Shown in pieces: positions 42,386 to 50,970 of a stretch of DNA of 64,000 bases (its first letter is position 1; each line of letters starts with the position of its first letter). Location: contig JBFLWF010000001.1 of NCBI GenBank assembly GCA_040758355.1, positions 1 to 64,000 on the forward strand. The letters run 5' to 3'. A program made the position numbers and the translations under genes. Source of the stretch: Nitrospirota bacterium. Lineage in GTDB: Bacteria > Nitrospirota > Thermodesulfovibrionia > Thermodesulfovibrionales > Dissulfurispiraceae. Under the pieces are notes generated by a model. That model was given only the letters and a program-made list of their open reading frames with translations. It made no database searches and had not been told where the DNA came from.

Positions 42386-44176
42386 ATGTCTAAAAATATA
42401 AGAAACTTTTCAATTATCGCCCATATAGACCACGGCAAGTCTACTCTTGCAGACAGGCTTCTGGAGATCACAGGAGCGTTGAGTTCAAGGGAGATGACGG
42501 AGCAGGTGCTGGACTCCATGGATCTCGAAAGAGAGAGAGGAATCACGATCAAGGCCCATGCCGTAAGATTGAATTATAAAGCGGGTGACGGAAATTCTTA
42601 CATACTGAATCTCATCGATACGCCCGGACATGTGGACTTTTCCTACGAGGTTTCCAGGAGCCTTGCATCATGCGAGGGAAGTCTTTTAGTAGTCGATGCC
42701 ACACAGGGAGTGGAGGCACAGACCCTTGCAAATACGTATCTTGCTGTTGAGCATAACCATGAGATAATCCCTGTCATTAACAAAATAGACCTGCCCGGCG
42801 CAGAGCCTGAAAGGGTTAAAGGTCAGATAGAAGATGCCATTGGAATAGACTGCTCGGAAGCAATCCTCGCAAGTGCAAAAGAGGGAATAGGCATAAAGGA
42901 AATACTCGAGGCTATCGTAAAAAAGGTGCCTCCTCCGAAAGGCATCGATGCAAGCCCGCTCAGGGCATTGATATTCGATTCATGGTTTGATAATTATCAG
43001 GGGGTCATAGTCCTTGTCAGAATATTTGACGGGGTAATACGTCCTGGCATGAAAATAAAATTAATGGCAACGGACAAGGAGTACGAGGTTACAAAGGTTG
43101 GTGTATTTACGCCCAAGATGCAGGAGGCATTACAGCTCTCTTCAGGCGAGGTAGGTTATATAATTGCAGGCATAAAGAATGTGGGCGACACAAAAATAGG
43201 AGACACGATAACAGATGCAAACAAGCCTGCAGAAAGGGCTTTGCCGGGATACAAAGAGATTAAGCCCATGGTTTTTTGCGGTCTTTATCCTATCGAGACG
43301 CACCAGTATGAAGACTTAAAGACCTCCCTCGAAAAGCTGAGGCTCAATGATTCATCTTTCAGCTTCGAGCCAGAGACATCGTCTGCCCTCGGATTCGGCT
43401 TCAGGTGCGGATTTCTTGGGCTCCTCCACATGGAGATAATAAAGGAGAGGCTCGAAAGGGAGTTTGAGCTCTCGCTTATCAGCACCGCGCCCACGGTTAT
43501 TTACAGGGTAACTGACATGGCCGGCAAAGAGGTCTATATGGATAACCCGAGCAGCCTTCCCGATAGATACCAGAAGATAGAGGAGCCTTTTGTAAATGTG
43601 ACGATCTTCGTGCCGCAGACTTACATAGGCCAGATACTTGATCTCTGTCAGGAAAAGCGGGGCATACAAAAGGAATTCAGCTATATAAGCCAGGACAGGA
43701 TTATGGTCACGTACGAGCTGCCTCTGAACGAAATACTATGGGACTTTTACGACAGGCTTAAGTCTGTCTCAAAGGGTTATGCATCTATGGATTACGAATT
43801 CCTCGGATACAGGGAATCCAGCCTCATCAAGCTCGATATACTGCTTAACGGAGAGCCTGTGGATGCCCTTTCCTTGATTGTGCATAAGGACAAGGCTTAT
43901 TATAAGGGCAGGCAGATTGCAGAAAAATTGAGGGAGGTTATTCCGAGACAACTCTTCGAGATCGCCATTCAGGCTGCCATAGGCGGAAAGGTTATAGCAA
44001 GGGAAAGCGTAAAGGCGCTGAGAAAGAATGTCCTTGCAAAGTGTTACGGCGGAGATATAACAAGGAAGAGGAAGCTTATCGAGAAACAGAAGGAAGGGAA
44101 AAAGAGGATGAAGCAGATCGGAAAGGTGGAGATACCACAGGAGGCGTTCCTGTCTGTATTGCAGGTTAAGGAATAA
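42386..44176 (+). CDS. lepA: Elongation factor 4
   Basis: [41 protein letters not shown]. Confidence 0.98.
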   Translation: MSKNIRNFSIIAHIDHGKSTLADRLLEITGALSSREMTEQVLDSMDLERERGITIKAHAVRLNYKAGDGNSYILNLIDTPGHVDFSYEVSRSLASCEGSLLVVDATQGVEAQTLANTYLAVEHNHEIIPVINKIDLPGAEPERVKGQIEDAIGIDCSEAILASAKEGIGIKEILEAIVKKVPPPKGIDASPLRALIFDSWFDNYQGVIVLVRIFDGVIRPGMKIKLMATDKEYEVTKVGVFTPKMQEALQLSSGEVGYIIAGIKNVGDTKIGDTITDANKPAERALPGYKEIKPMVFCGLYPIETHQYEDLKTSLEKLRLNDSSFSFEPETSSALGFGFRCGFLGLLHMEIIKERLEREFELSLISTAPTVIYRVTDMAGKEVYMDNPSSLPDRYQKIEEPFVNVTIFVPQTYIGQILDLCQEKRGIQKEFSYISQDRIMVTYELPLNEILWDFYDRLKSVSKGYASMDYEFLGYRESSLIKLDILLNGEPVDALSLIVHKDKAYYKGRQIAEKLREVIPRQLFEIAIQAAIGGKVIARESVKALRKNVLAKCYGGDITRKRKLIEKQKEGKKRMKQIGKVEIPQEAFLSVLQVKE

Positions 44177-44196
44177 GGAGGATATGACAGGCAGAC

Positions 44197-44814
44197 ATGA
44201 AAAGACAGAGTAAACTATGGGAATACACAAAGGCCATTGGCACTGCATTGATACTTGCCCTTATTATCAGGACGTATGTTGTTCAGGCATTCAAGATTCC
44301 GTCAGGCTCAATGCTTCAAACCCTTCTGATTGGAGATCACATTCTTGTAAATAAATTTATATACGGCACAAAGATGCCTTTTTCCGATAACAGGCTCCTC
44401 ATTTTTACAAAACCGAAAAGAGGGGATATTGTCGTCTTTAAGTACCCTGAAGACCCGAGCAGGGACTTCATAAAAAGGGTTATTGCAGTTGAAGGCGATA
44501 TAATCGAGTCAAAGAAAAAAACAATATATGTTAATGGAAATCCAATAAATGAATCCTATGTGCAGCATACCGATAATTCTGCCAATTCTATGCGTACTGG
44601 CACTATAGAGCCGAGGGACAATTTTGGCCCATACCTTGTTCCCAAGAATAAGCTATTTGTTATGGGAGACAACAGGGATCAGAGCTACGACAGCAGGTAC
44701 TGGGGCTATGTGGACATGAAAGAAGTAAAAGGCAAGGCATTTATCATTTACTGGTCATGGAATAACATGAAAAAAATGCCGAGAATCGGAAGGATAGGGA
44801 AACTGATACATTAA
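44197..44814 (+). CDS. lepB: Signal peptidase I
   Basis: IPSGSM, FIKRV, MGDNRDQSYDSR. Confidence 0.96.
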   Translation: MKRQSKLWEYTKAIGTALILALIIRTYVVQAFKIPSGSMLQTLLIGDHILVNKFIYGTKMPFSDNRLLIFTKPKRGDIVVFKYPEDPSRDFIKRVIAVEGDIIESKKKTIYVNGNPINESYVQHTDNSANSMRTGTIEPRDNFGPYLVPKNKLFVMGDNRDQSYDSRYWGYVDMKEVKGKAFIIYWSWNNMKKMPRIGRIGKLIH

Positions 44815-44818
44815 TGCC

Positions 44819-45484
44819 ATGTTTACCGGATTGATAATAGAACTTGGCGAAGTGGTCTCTCTTGAGAAAAAGACAGAGAGCGCCAGACTGTCCATAAAGG
44901 CTTCCGAGGTTGTAAAGGATGCAGCCCTCGGAGACAGCATTGCCATAAACGGTGTATGCCTTACTGTGGTGAATATGGAAAAGGATATCCTCTCCTTCGA
45001 TGTTTCATATGAAACCCTGAAGAGCACAAATCTCGGAAATCTTAAAAGGGCCGATAGAGTTAATCTTGAGCCTTCCCTCAGGCCGAATTCGAAATTAGGC
45101 GGGCACTTTGTTACAGGCCATGTGGAAGATATAGGAAAAATAAGAAGCAAAGCTCCATTGGGTAATGCTTTAAGGATCGAGATAGAAACGCCGGATAATG
45201 TATTGAGATATCTTGTTGAGAAAGGCTCTGTTGCAGTTGACGGCATAAGCCTGACAGTCGTGGATGTATTAAAGGATGCATTCAGTGTCGTGATAATTCC
45301 ACATACCGCAAAGATGACAACAATTGGATTTAAAAATGTGGGAGATACTGTCAATCTCGAGCCGGATATCCTCGGGAAATATGTGGCAAAGTTTTTAGCC
45401 GGCAGTCAGCAATCAGCAGTCAGCAGTCAGGATAAAGACAAAGAGCTTTTGTCAGCACTCAAACAATCTGGTTTTATATCCTGA
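44819..45484 (+). CDS. ribE: Riboflavin synthase (alpha chain)
   Basis: MFTGLI, GDSIAINGVCLTV, GGHFVTGH, VNLEPD. Confidence 0.95.
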   Translation: MFTGLIIELGEVVSLEKKTESARLSIKASEVVKDAALGDSIAINGVCLTVVNMEKDILSFDVSYETLKSTNLGNLKRADRVNLEPSLRPNSKLGGHFVTGHVEDIGKIRSKAPLGNALRIEIETPDNVLRYLVEKGSVAVDGISLTVVDVLKDAFSVVIIPHTAKMTTIGFKNVGDTVNLEPDILGKYVAKFLAGSQQSAVSSQDKDKELLSALKQSGFIS

Positions 45485-46241
45485 TTATATCTCCATCTTT
45501 CAGCAACCGCAGGTTTTTTATCTTAAGCCTTTCCAACTCTTTCTTAATGGCCCTGAAGTGCTGTGGTTTTGGATGCGTAATGCATATCTGTTCCGGCATC
45601 TGTTTTATCTTCATTAACTCCTCTTTTAATAACTGTGGCGTAAGATGTCCTGTCATTATTGACATATCCCTCATCGCATTAGGGAAGGATGCCTCGATTA
45701 TCAGGCAATGAATCTTTTTGTCTCCTATCTTTTTCCATGTGGAATCGGTAGGGCCTGTGTCGCCTGTATAAAAAAAGCGTTTATTCTTTGCATCCTCTAC
45801 CAAGTATCCAACTGCCGGGACAGAATGAGTGACCCTGTATGCTGTAATCTTATAATCATTTATTCTCATTGACTTGCCTGATTTTAGCTCCCTGTATCTC
45901 AGCACGGCATTCTCATAATCCGGTATCATCGTAAAATCGGGCCAGAGGGAATCGTTCAGGAGGTTTTTCTTTATGGTCTTTATCACAGACGGGATACTGA
46001 TAATGTTTACTCGCTGTCTCCTTTTTGCAACGATTATATTGTCCGCAAGGAATGAGATGCCCCTTATGTGGTCGAGGTGTGCATGGGTAATGAATATATC
46101 CTTTATCTTTGCCTGGGCATTTTTGTCAAGGACATTTGTAAGGCTGCCTGCATCGAATAATATTTCATTGTCAAGCAGAAAGCCCGGAGGATTATGACCT
46201 GGAAATTCTGCGCCGGAACATCCAAGGACTTTTATCCTCAT
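45474..46241 (-). CDS. Class II 3',5'-cyclic-nucleotide phosphodiesterase (MBL fold)
   Basis: VLGCSG, FDAG, THAHLDHI, NDSLWPDF, TGDTGPT, GHLTP. Confidence 0.85.
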   Translation of the reverse strand: MRIKVLGCSGAEFPGHNPPGFLLDNEILFDAGSLTNVLDKNAQAKIKDIFITHAHLDHIRGISFLADNIIVAKRRQRVNIISIPSVIKTIKKNLLNDSLWPDFTMIPDYENAVLRYRELKSGKSMRINDYKITAYRVTHSVPAVGYLVEDAKNKRFFYTGDTGPTDSTWKKIGDKKIHCLIIEASFPNAMRDMSIMTGHLTPQLLKEELMKIKQMPEQICITHPKPQHFRAIKKELERLKIKNLRLLKDGDIIRI

Positions 46242-47332
46242 ACTGCTATCTCCATTTCTTTATACGCCTTTAAAAAAGCATTGACCACATCAGGGTCGAA
46301 CTGAGAGCCTGCGTACTTTTTAAGCTCTTTAAAAGCAACATCAAAGCTTAAACCTTTTCTGTAAGGCCTCTCCGTTGTCATGGCATCGAATGTATCTGCA
46401 ACAGCAATAATCCTCGCAACAATTGGTACATCATTACCCTTCATGCCATCCGGATAACCTGAGCCGTCATATTTTTCGTGGTGGTATTTCACACCCGGCA
46501 CCACGCTCTTTAACTGCCTTATGTGGTTAAGAATCTCTGCCCCGAATACTGTATGCATCATTATTTTCTTAAATTCATCCGATGTCAATTTATCGTTTTT
46601 AAGCAGCACATCATCTCTTATGCCGATCTTTCCTATATCATGAAGGATAGCAGAAAGTTTAAGGTTTTCCATTTCTTTTTTTGAGAGCCCGATCATTCTT
46701 CCAATAGCAAGGCTGTAATTCATCACCCTCTTTGTGTGTCCTGCTGTGTACGGATCTCTTTTTTCTATGGTCTCTGCAAGGGCATGAATTGTTGCATAAA
46801 AGGTCTCCCTCAATTCATCATAAAGCCGTGCGTTCTCTATTGCTATGGCGACCTGATGGGAAAGGCCTGTCAGCAGATCGAGGTCGTCTGTATTAAAGGA
46901 CACGCCCTTTTTATTTATTGCCTGAAGCACGCCCACAAGTTTGTCCTTTGTTTTTACAGGCACGCATATCATGCTTTTGGTCGTAAACCCGCTCTTTTCA
47001 TCGGCGCCCTTAAAGAAGCGCGGGTCATTGCCTGCATCATTTATAATCACAGGCTCGTCATGCTCTGCGACCCAACCCGCAATCCCCTGGCCACTTTTAA
47101 GGCGAATGGTCTTGACCTTTTCTCCCTTTTCCCCGATGGCTACATCAAAATAGAGGTCGCCTGTCTCTTCGTCTAAGAACAGCAGGCTTCCTGCCTCTGT
47201 ATTTACGAGTTCTGTGGCAGCCTCTATGGCCCTCTTTCTTATCTCCGCAATATCAAGGGATGAATTAATAAGGGCTGATAATTCTATTAATGTATTGAGC
47301 TGTTTTATCCTCTCAGGACCGTCCGTTGTCAT
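46238..47332 (-). CDS. GAF plus HD-GYP phosphodiesterase
   Basis: GAF (GIAGWV..DPRF..GVLQAINK); YTAGHT.RV, LHDIGKIG, HHEKYDGSGYP, DAMTTERPYR. Confidence 0.93.
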   Translation of the reverse strand: MTTDGPERIKQLNTLIELSALINSSLDIAEIRKRAIEAATELVNTEAGSLLFLDEETGDLYFDVAIGEKGEKVKTIRLKSGQGIAGWVAEHDEPVIINDAGNDPRFFKGADEKSGFTTKSMICVPVKTKDKLVGVLQAINKKGVSFNTDDLDLLTGLSHQVAIAIENARLYDELRETFYATIHALAETIEKRDPYTAGHTKRVMNYSLAIGRMIGLSKKEMENLKLSAILHDIGKIGIRDDVLLKNDKLTSDEFKKIMMHTVFGAEILNHIRQLKSVVPGVKYHHEKYDGSGYPDGMKGNDVPIVARIIAVADTFDAMTTERPYRKGLSFDVAFKELKKYAGSQFDPDVVNAFLKAYKEMEIAV

Positions 47333-47422
47333 AATGGTTAAATTTTAGCATAAATTTTTATAGAATTGACTAATTTTTCCTCTCTAACAAACAAAGACAT
47401 AAAATGCTCATGCTGAGACCAC

Positions 47423-47464
47423 TGCAATTCTTTAATTGCAAAACCGGGTCAAAAAAACTATAAT
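47423..47464 (+). promoter_or_regulatory. Sigma-70 promoter with an overlapping palindrome, probably giving a leaderless transcript
   Basis: TTGCAA (47436)-17 bp-TATAAT (47459); ATG 6 nt downstream; TGCAATT-N4-AATTGCA overlaps the -35. Confidence 0.6.
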
Positions 47465-47470
47465 TTCTCC

Positions 47471-47911
47471 ATGTGGCGTGAAAAGGATATTATAAGGGCA
47501 TATCAAAAAGGAGATGCCATTATTAAGGAAGGCGAAACAGGGAGAGAGATGTTCATTATCAAGTCGGGGTCTGTGGATGTGCTTAAGGGAGAGGAAGACA
47601 ATCAGATTCACCTTGCTACATTAGAGCGCGGAGATTTCTTCGGTGAAATGGCTATACTTGAAAATGAGCCACGATCTGCTACGGTTATAGCCAGAGAGGA
47701 GACGCATCTTCTTGTCCTGAACACAGGAAATTTTATGTTAAAAATAAGAAAAGACCCGACATTCGCCTTCAATATAATGCAAAAGATGAGCAGCAGAATC
47801 AGGCTTCTCAACGAAAAGCTACTGGGTCAGAAAGGCATCTCCACTGCAAACCATTCTGGAATAAACAAAGAGATTGCGGAAACAGAGTATTTAAAGGACG
47901 CAGGTCTTTAA
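47471..47911 (+). CDS. Stand-alone cyclic nucleotide-binding domain protein
   Basis: IIKEGE.G.EMFII.SG.V, GDFFGEMAIL..PRSATV; no HTH. Confidence 0.92.
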   Translation: MWREKDIIRAYQKGDAIIKEGETGREMFIIKSGSVDVLKGEEDNQIHLATLERGDFFGEMAILENEPRSATVIAREETHLLVLNTGNFMLKIRKDPTFAFNIMQKMSSRIRLLNEKLLGQKGISTANHSGINKEIAETEYLKDAGL

Positions 47912-47941
47912 ATTTAAAGGGAGGTTTTTGCCGGAAAGATA

Positions 47942-48697
47942 ATGAGCCGATTCAATACATTATTGAGGGAAGACCATTTATATATCATATCCGACCTTCA
48001 TTTAGGCAATCCCTCTTTTGTCCAGGGAAAGGGTTTTATTTCTTTCTTAAGGCATCTTTCAGAACAGAACATAGCGCTTTGCATCAATGGAGATGGTCTT
48101 GACCTTCTGCAGATGTCTTTCGCGAAATTGATGCTGGACTTTCCATTGATATTAAAGAATATCCAAAACTTCATGGCAAACGGCAAAAACAAGATATATT
48201 ATGTAGTCGGAAACCACGACATATATCTTGAAGCGTTTTTAGAGGATTCGCGTTTTTTTAACGTGGTTCCGTTTCTTGATGTTGTCTCCGGCAATAAGCG
48301 GATTCACATAGAACACGGACACCTTTATGACAGTTTTTTTTTGTATCATCCAGGCCTTTACACCCAGCTTACCAAATTTGCAGGCATGTGGTTAAAGCTC
48401 GCACCCGGGTTTTTCCATTTCTGGGATAAAATCACGCAGCATCTGGCATCGATAAAAAAAGGAAATACAAATGCCTTTCCGGTGGAGCGTGCCGGCATTG
48501 TATCTGCAGCCGCTGAAATCATGGAGAGGGGGGTCGATACGGTTATTTTTGGCCATACGCATCGTCCGGGCATATATGATCTGAAGGAAAACAGGAAATA
48601 TGCCAATACCGGGAGCTGGATTGGTGCGGCAGGTTATTACATTGAAATCAAAATGGGCGAAGTGAGTTTGAAGGAATGGAACGGTCTGGGCACGTGA
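47942..48697 (+). CDS. Calcineurin-like metallophosphoesterase (LpxH-like)
   Basis: ISDLHLG, NGDGLD, GNHD, HGH.YD, GHTH, NTGSW. Confidence 0.85.
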   Translation: MSRFNTLLREDHLYIISDLHLGNPSFVQGKGFISFLRHLSEQNIALCINGDGLDLLQMSFAKLMLDFPLILKNIQNFMANGKNKIYYVVGNHDIYLEAFLEDSRFFNVVPFLDVVSGNKRIHIEHGHLYDSFFLYHPGLYTQLTKFAGMWLKLAPGFFHFWDKITQHLASIKKGNTNAFPVERAGIVSAAAEIMERGVDTVIFGHTHRPGIYDLKENRKYANTGSWIGAAGYYIEIKMGEVSLKEWNGLGT

Positions 48698-50073
48698 GGC
48701 GTCACAAAAATCTTTTTATTGTTTTAATTTTTTTAATCCTGTTATTTATCCCTGCAACCTGTGCGTATGCGCAGGAGACAGTTACTGCAGAAGCCGATAA
48801 AGGCAGCAGTGACAACGGTCTTAGAGAGTTTTTTGAGAAGAATGTTACCGCTTCTCTTGAATATAAATTTTTCGGACATTTCCGTAAAGTAAAACAGGAT
48901 AATGCCCAATATGTCCATGAAATACTAATGAAGTTTGATGCAAAGTATGATTTTGATAAAAACACGAGTATCAGTTTAACGCCGATTATCCGGACAGACA
49001 CCAGACACTTTACCGCAGGGGTCATAGACAGATTACAGGAGACGGGGGAGCGCAAGTATCATTTTAATTTTAAGGAGGGATTCTTAGTAACACGCAGCAA
49101 AAATTTAGACCTTTATATAGGCAAGAAGATTTACTCATGGGGTAAGGCAGAGGGTTTTAACCCTACAGACAATATAAATCCATATGATTTTTTGGACTTT
49201 CCTGACAGGGAGAAGATAGGCGTCCTGTCAGCGGCTGTTGAATATTCCATGGGTAATTACTCCGTTGATATTGTATTTATCCCGTTTTTTACGCCCAGCC
49301 GTCTTCCAGGCCAGAGTAACAGATGGTCAGGCAATATAGAGGGTGAAACAACTAATTTTGACAATGTTATTATACCGTCCGATCTTAGCGGAGAAGTGCA
49401 CGAAAGAGACCTCCCTGCTAAAACTCTTGGCAACAGCCAGTTTGCAGGCCGTATAAAAACTACAATCAGCGGCTGGGACATGGCTTTGAGTTATTACAGA
49501 GGGTTTGACAGCGTGCCTGTTGTTGAAGAGGAAACTATCGGTTCAGCGAGACACTATACACCAAAGTATAACAGGATAAGTAATTACGGTTTGGCGATAG
49601 CTACCACTTTTGATAAGCTGGAAGTGCATGCAGAGGGAGCTTACAGGGATACAGCTAAAGGGTACGATGACGATTTTTTAGCCTATATAATAGGGGGGAG
49701 CTATAGCTGGGATGATTTGGGACTCGAATTTATAGAGAAGATAAGTCTTTATTTCGAATTTGCAGGTGAAAGGATTACAAATGCAAAGGACAGCAGGAAA
49801 AGATTCAGCTCTACGGATTACAGCCGCCCTTTAAAGAGGTCTGTCCTCGGAAGCCTGGTATTTAAGTTCAATGAGGATGTTGACCTCAGGATAGGTGGAA
49901 ACTATAACATCGACGAGTACGACCATTACATACAGCCTAAACTTACTTACAAGGTTTCGGATAAATTAAAGGTGAAGATAGGGTTGGATATTATGACCGG
50001 TCACAAAAATACATTCTGGGGCAAATGGAGGAACAACGACCGTGTCTTTACAAATGTCTTATGGTATTTCTAA
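48676..50073 (+). CDS. Outer-membrane beta-barrel protein (DUF1302-like)
   Basis: Signal peptide, GKKIYSWGKAEGFNPTD.INP.D, amphipathic strands, C-terminal WYF. Confidence 0.72.
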   Translation: MERSGHVRRHKNLFIVLIFLILLFIPATCAYAQETVTAEADKGSSDNGLREFFEKNVTASLEYKFFGHFRKVKQDNAQYVHEILMKFDAKYDFDKNTSISLTPIIRTDTRHFTAGVIDRLQETGERKYHFNFKEGFLVTRSKNLDLYIGKKIYSWGKAEGFNPTDNINPYDFLDFPDREKIGVLSAAVEYSMGNYSVDIVFIPFFTPSRLPGQSNRWSGNIEGETTNFDNVIIPSDLSGEVHERDLPAKTLGNSQFAGRIKTTISGWDMALSYYRGFDSVPVVEEETIGSARHYTPKYNRISNYGLAIATTFDKLEVHAEGAYRDTAKGYDDDFLAYIIGGSYSWDDLGLEFIEKISLYFEFAGERITNAKDSRKRFSSTDYSRPLKRSVLGSLVFKFNEDVDLRIGGNYNIDEYDHYIQPKLTYKVSDKLKVKIGLDIMTGHKNTFWGKWRNNDRVFTNVLWYF

Positions 50074-50124
50074 TTAAGTCAATATCGTATATAATTGACT
50101 AATTTTAAGGAATAGGGGGTATTT

Positions 50125-50949
50125 ATGAGAAAGGAAGTATCATTAAAGGGGATAACAGAAATCTTTGTGCTCGTCTTTTTCCTGAGCTTTTCTTTTGCTT
50201 CTTTTACGGGCGTCCCTTATGCTGCGGCTGAAATGTCAGGGAAAGAGATAATGGAGAAACAGAAGAAACTTCAGCAGACAAATGATGAAAAGGAAATCCT
50301 CGCAATGAAGCTCGTTGATAAAAAAGGAAATGTTAAGGACAGAAAAATAGTCAGATATTCCATGAAGGCAGGCTCTGGACTTAACAAGATAATGATGGTC
50401 TTTCTGGAGCCAAAGGATGTTAAAGGGACAGGGCTTCTTACATGGGAGCAGAAAGACGGTGACGACGACCAGTGGTTATACCTGCCCGAGCTGGGGAAGG
50501 AGAAGCGCATCGCCTCTGGCGGGAAAAAGAATAAGTTCATGGGTACGGATTTCGCATTCGAAGACCTGAGGCCAGAGAATTTAACCGCGCACCAGTACAA
50601 TTCAATCGGGAGCGAGCAGATAGAAGGCAAAGACTGTTTTGTGATCGAGGCGCTGCCTGCAGGGAAGGAAGAAAAAGAAAGCGGTTACAGCAAAAGAAAA
50701 CTCTGGATAAGAAAGGACATCTTTTTTACCGTGAAAATAGAATATTATGACAAAAAAGGAAAACTCATAAAGGTTCAGGAAAATAAGAATGCAAAGAATG
50801 TTGCCGGCACTGTCTGGAGAAGCGATGAGATAGTTATGAAGGATTTGGGGGAAGAACACCAGACCTCTCTTATTGTCCAGAGCAGGAATGTAAATAAGGG
50901 GCTGGATGAGGACTTTTTCAGCCTTAGAAAACTGAAATCACCCGAGTAA
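50125..50949 (+). CDS. LolA-like outer-membrane lipoprotein-sorting protein
   Basis: Signal peptide; F.EP.DVKGTGLL, DDQWLYLP, KRI, FMGTDF.FED, YSKRKLWI. Confidence 0.88.
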   Translation: MRKEVSLKGITEIFVLVFFLSFSFASFTGVPYAAAEMSGKEIMEKQKKLQQTNDEKEILAMKLVDKKGNVKDRKIVRYSMKAGSGLNKIMMVFLEPKDVKGTGLLTWEQKDGDDDQWLYLPELGKEKRIASGGKKNKFMGTDFAFEDLRPENLTAHQYNSIGSEQIEGKDCFVIEALPAGKEEKESGYSKRKLWIRKDIFFTVKIEYYDKKGKLIKVQENKNAKNVAGTVWRSDEIVMKDLGEEHQTSLIVQSRNVNKGLDEDFFSLRKLKSPE

Positions 50950-50970
50950 TTTAAGGGTCAGGGGTAAGTT

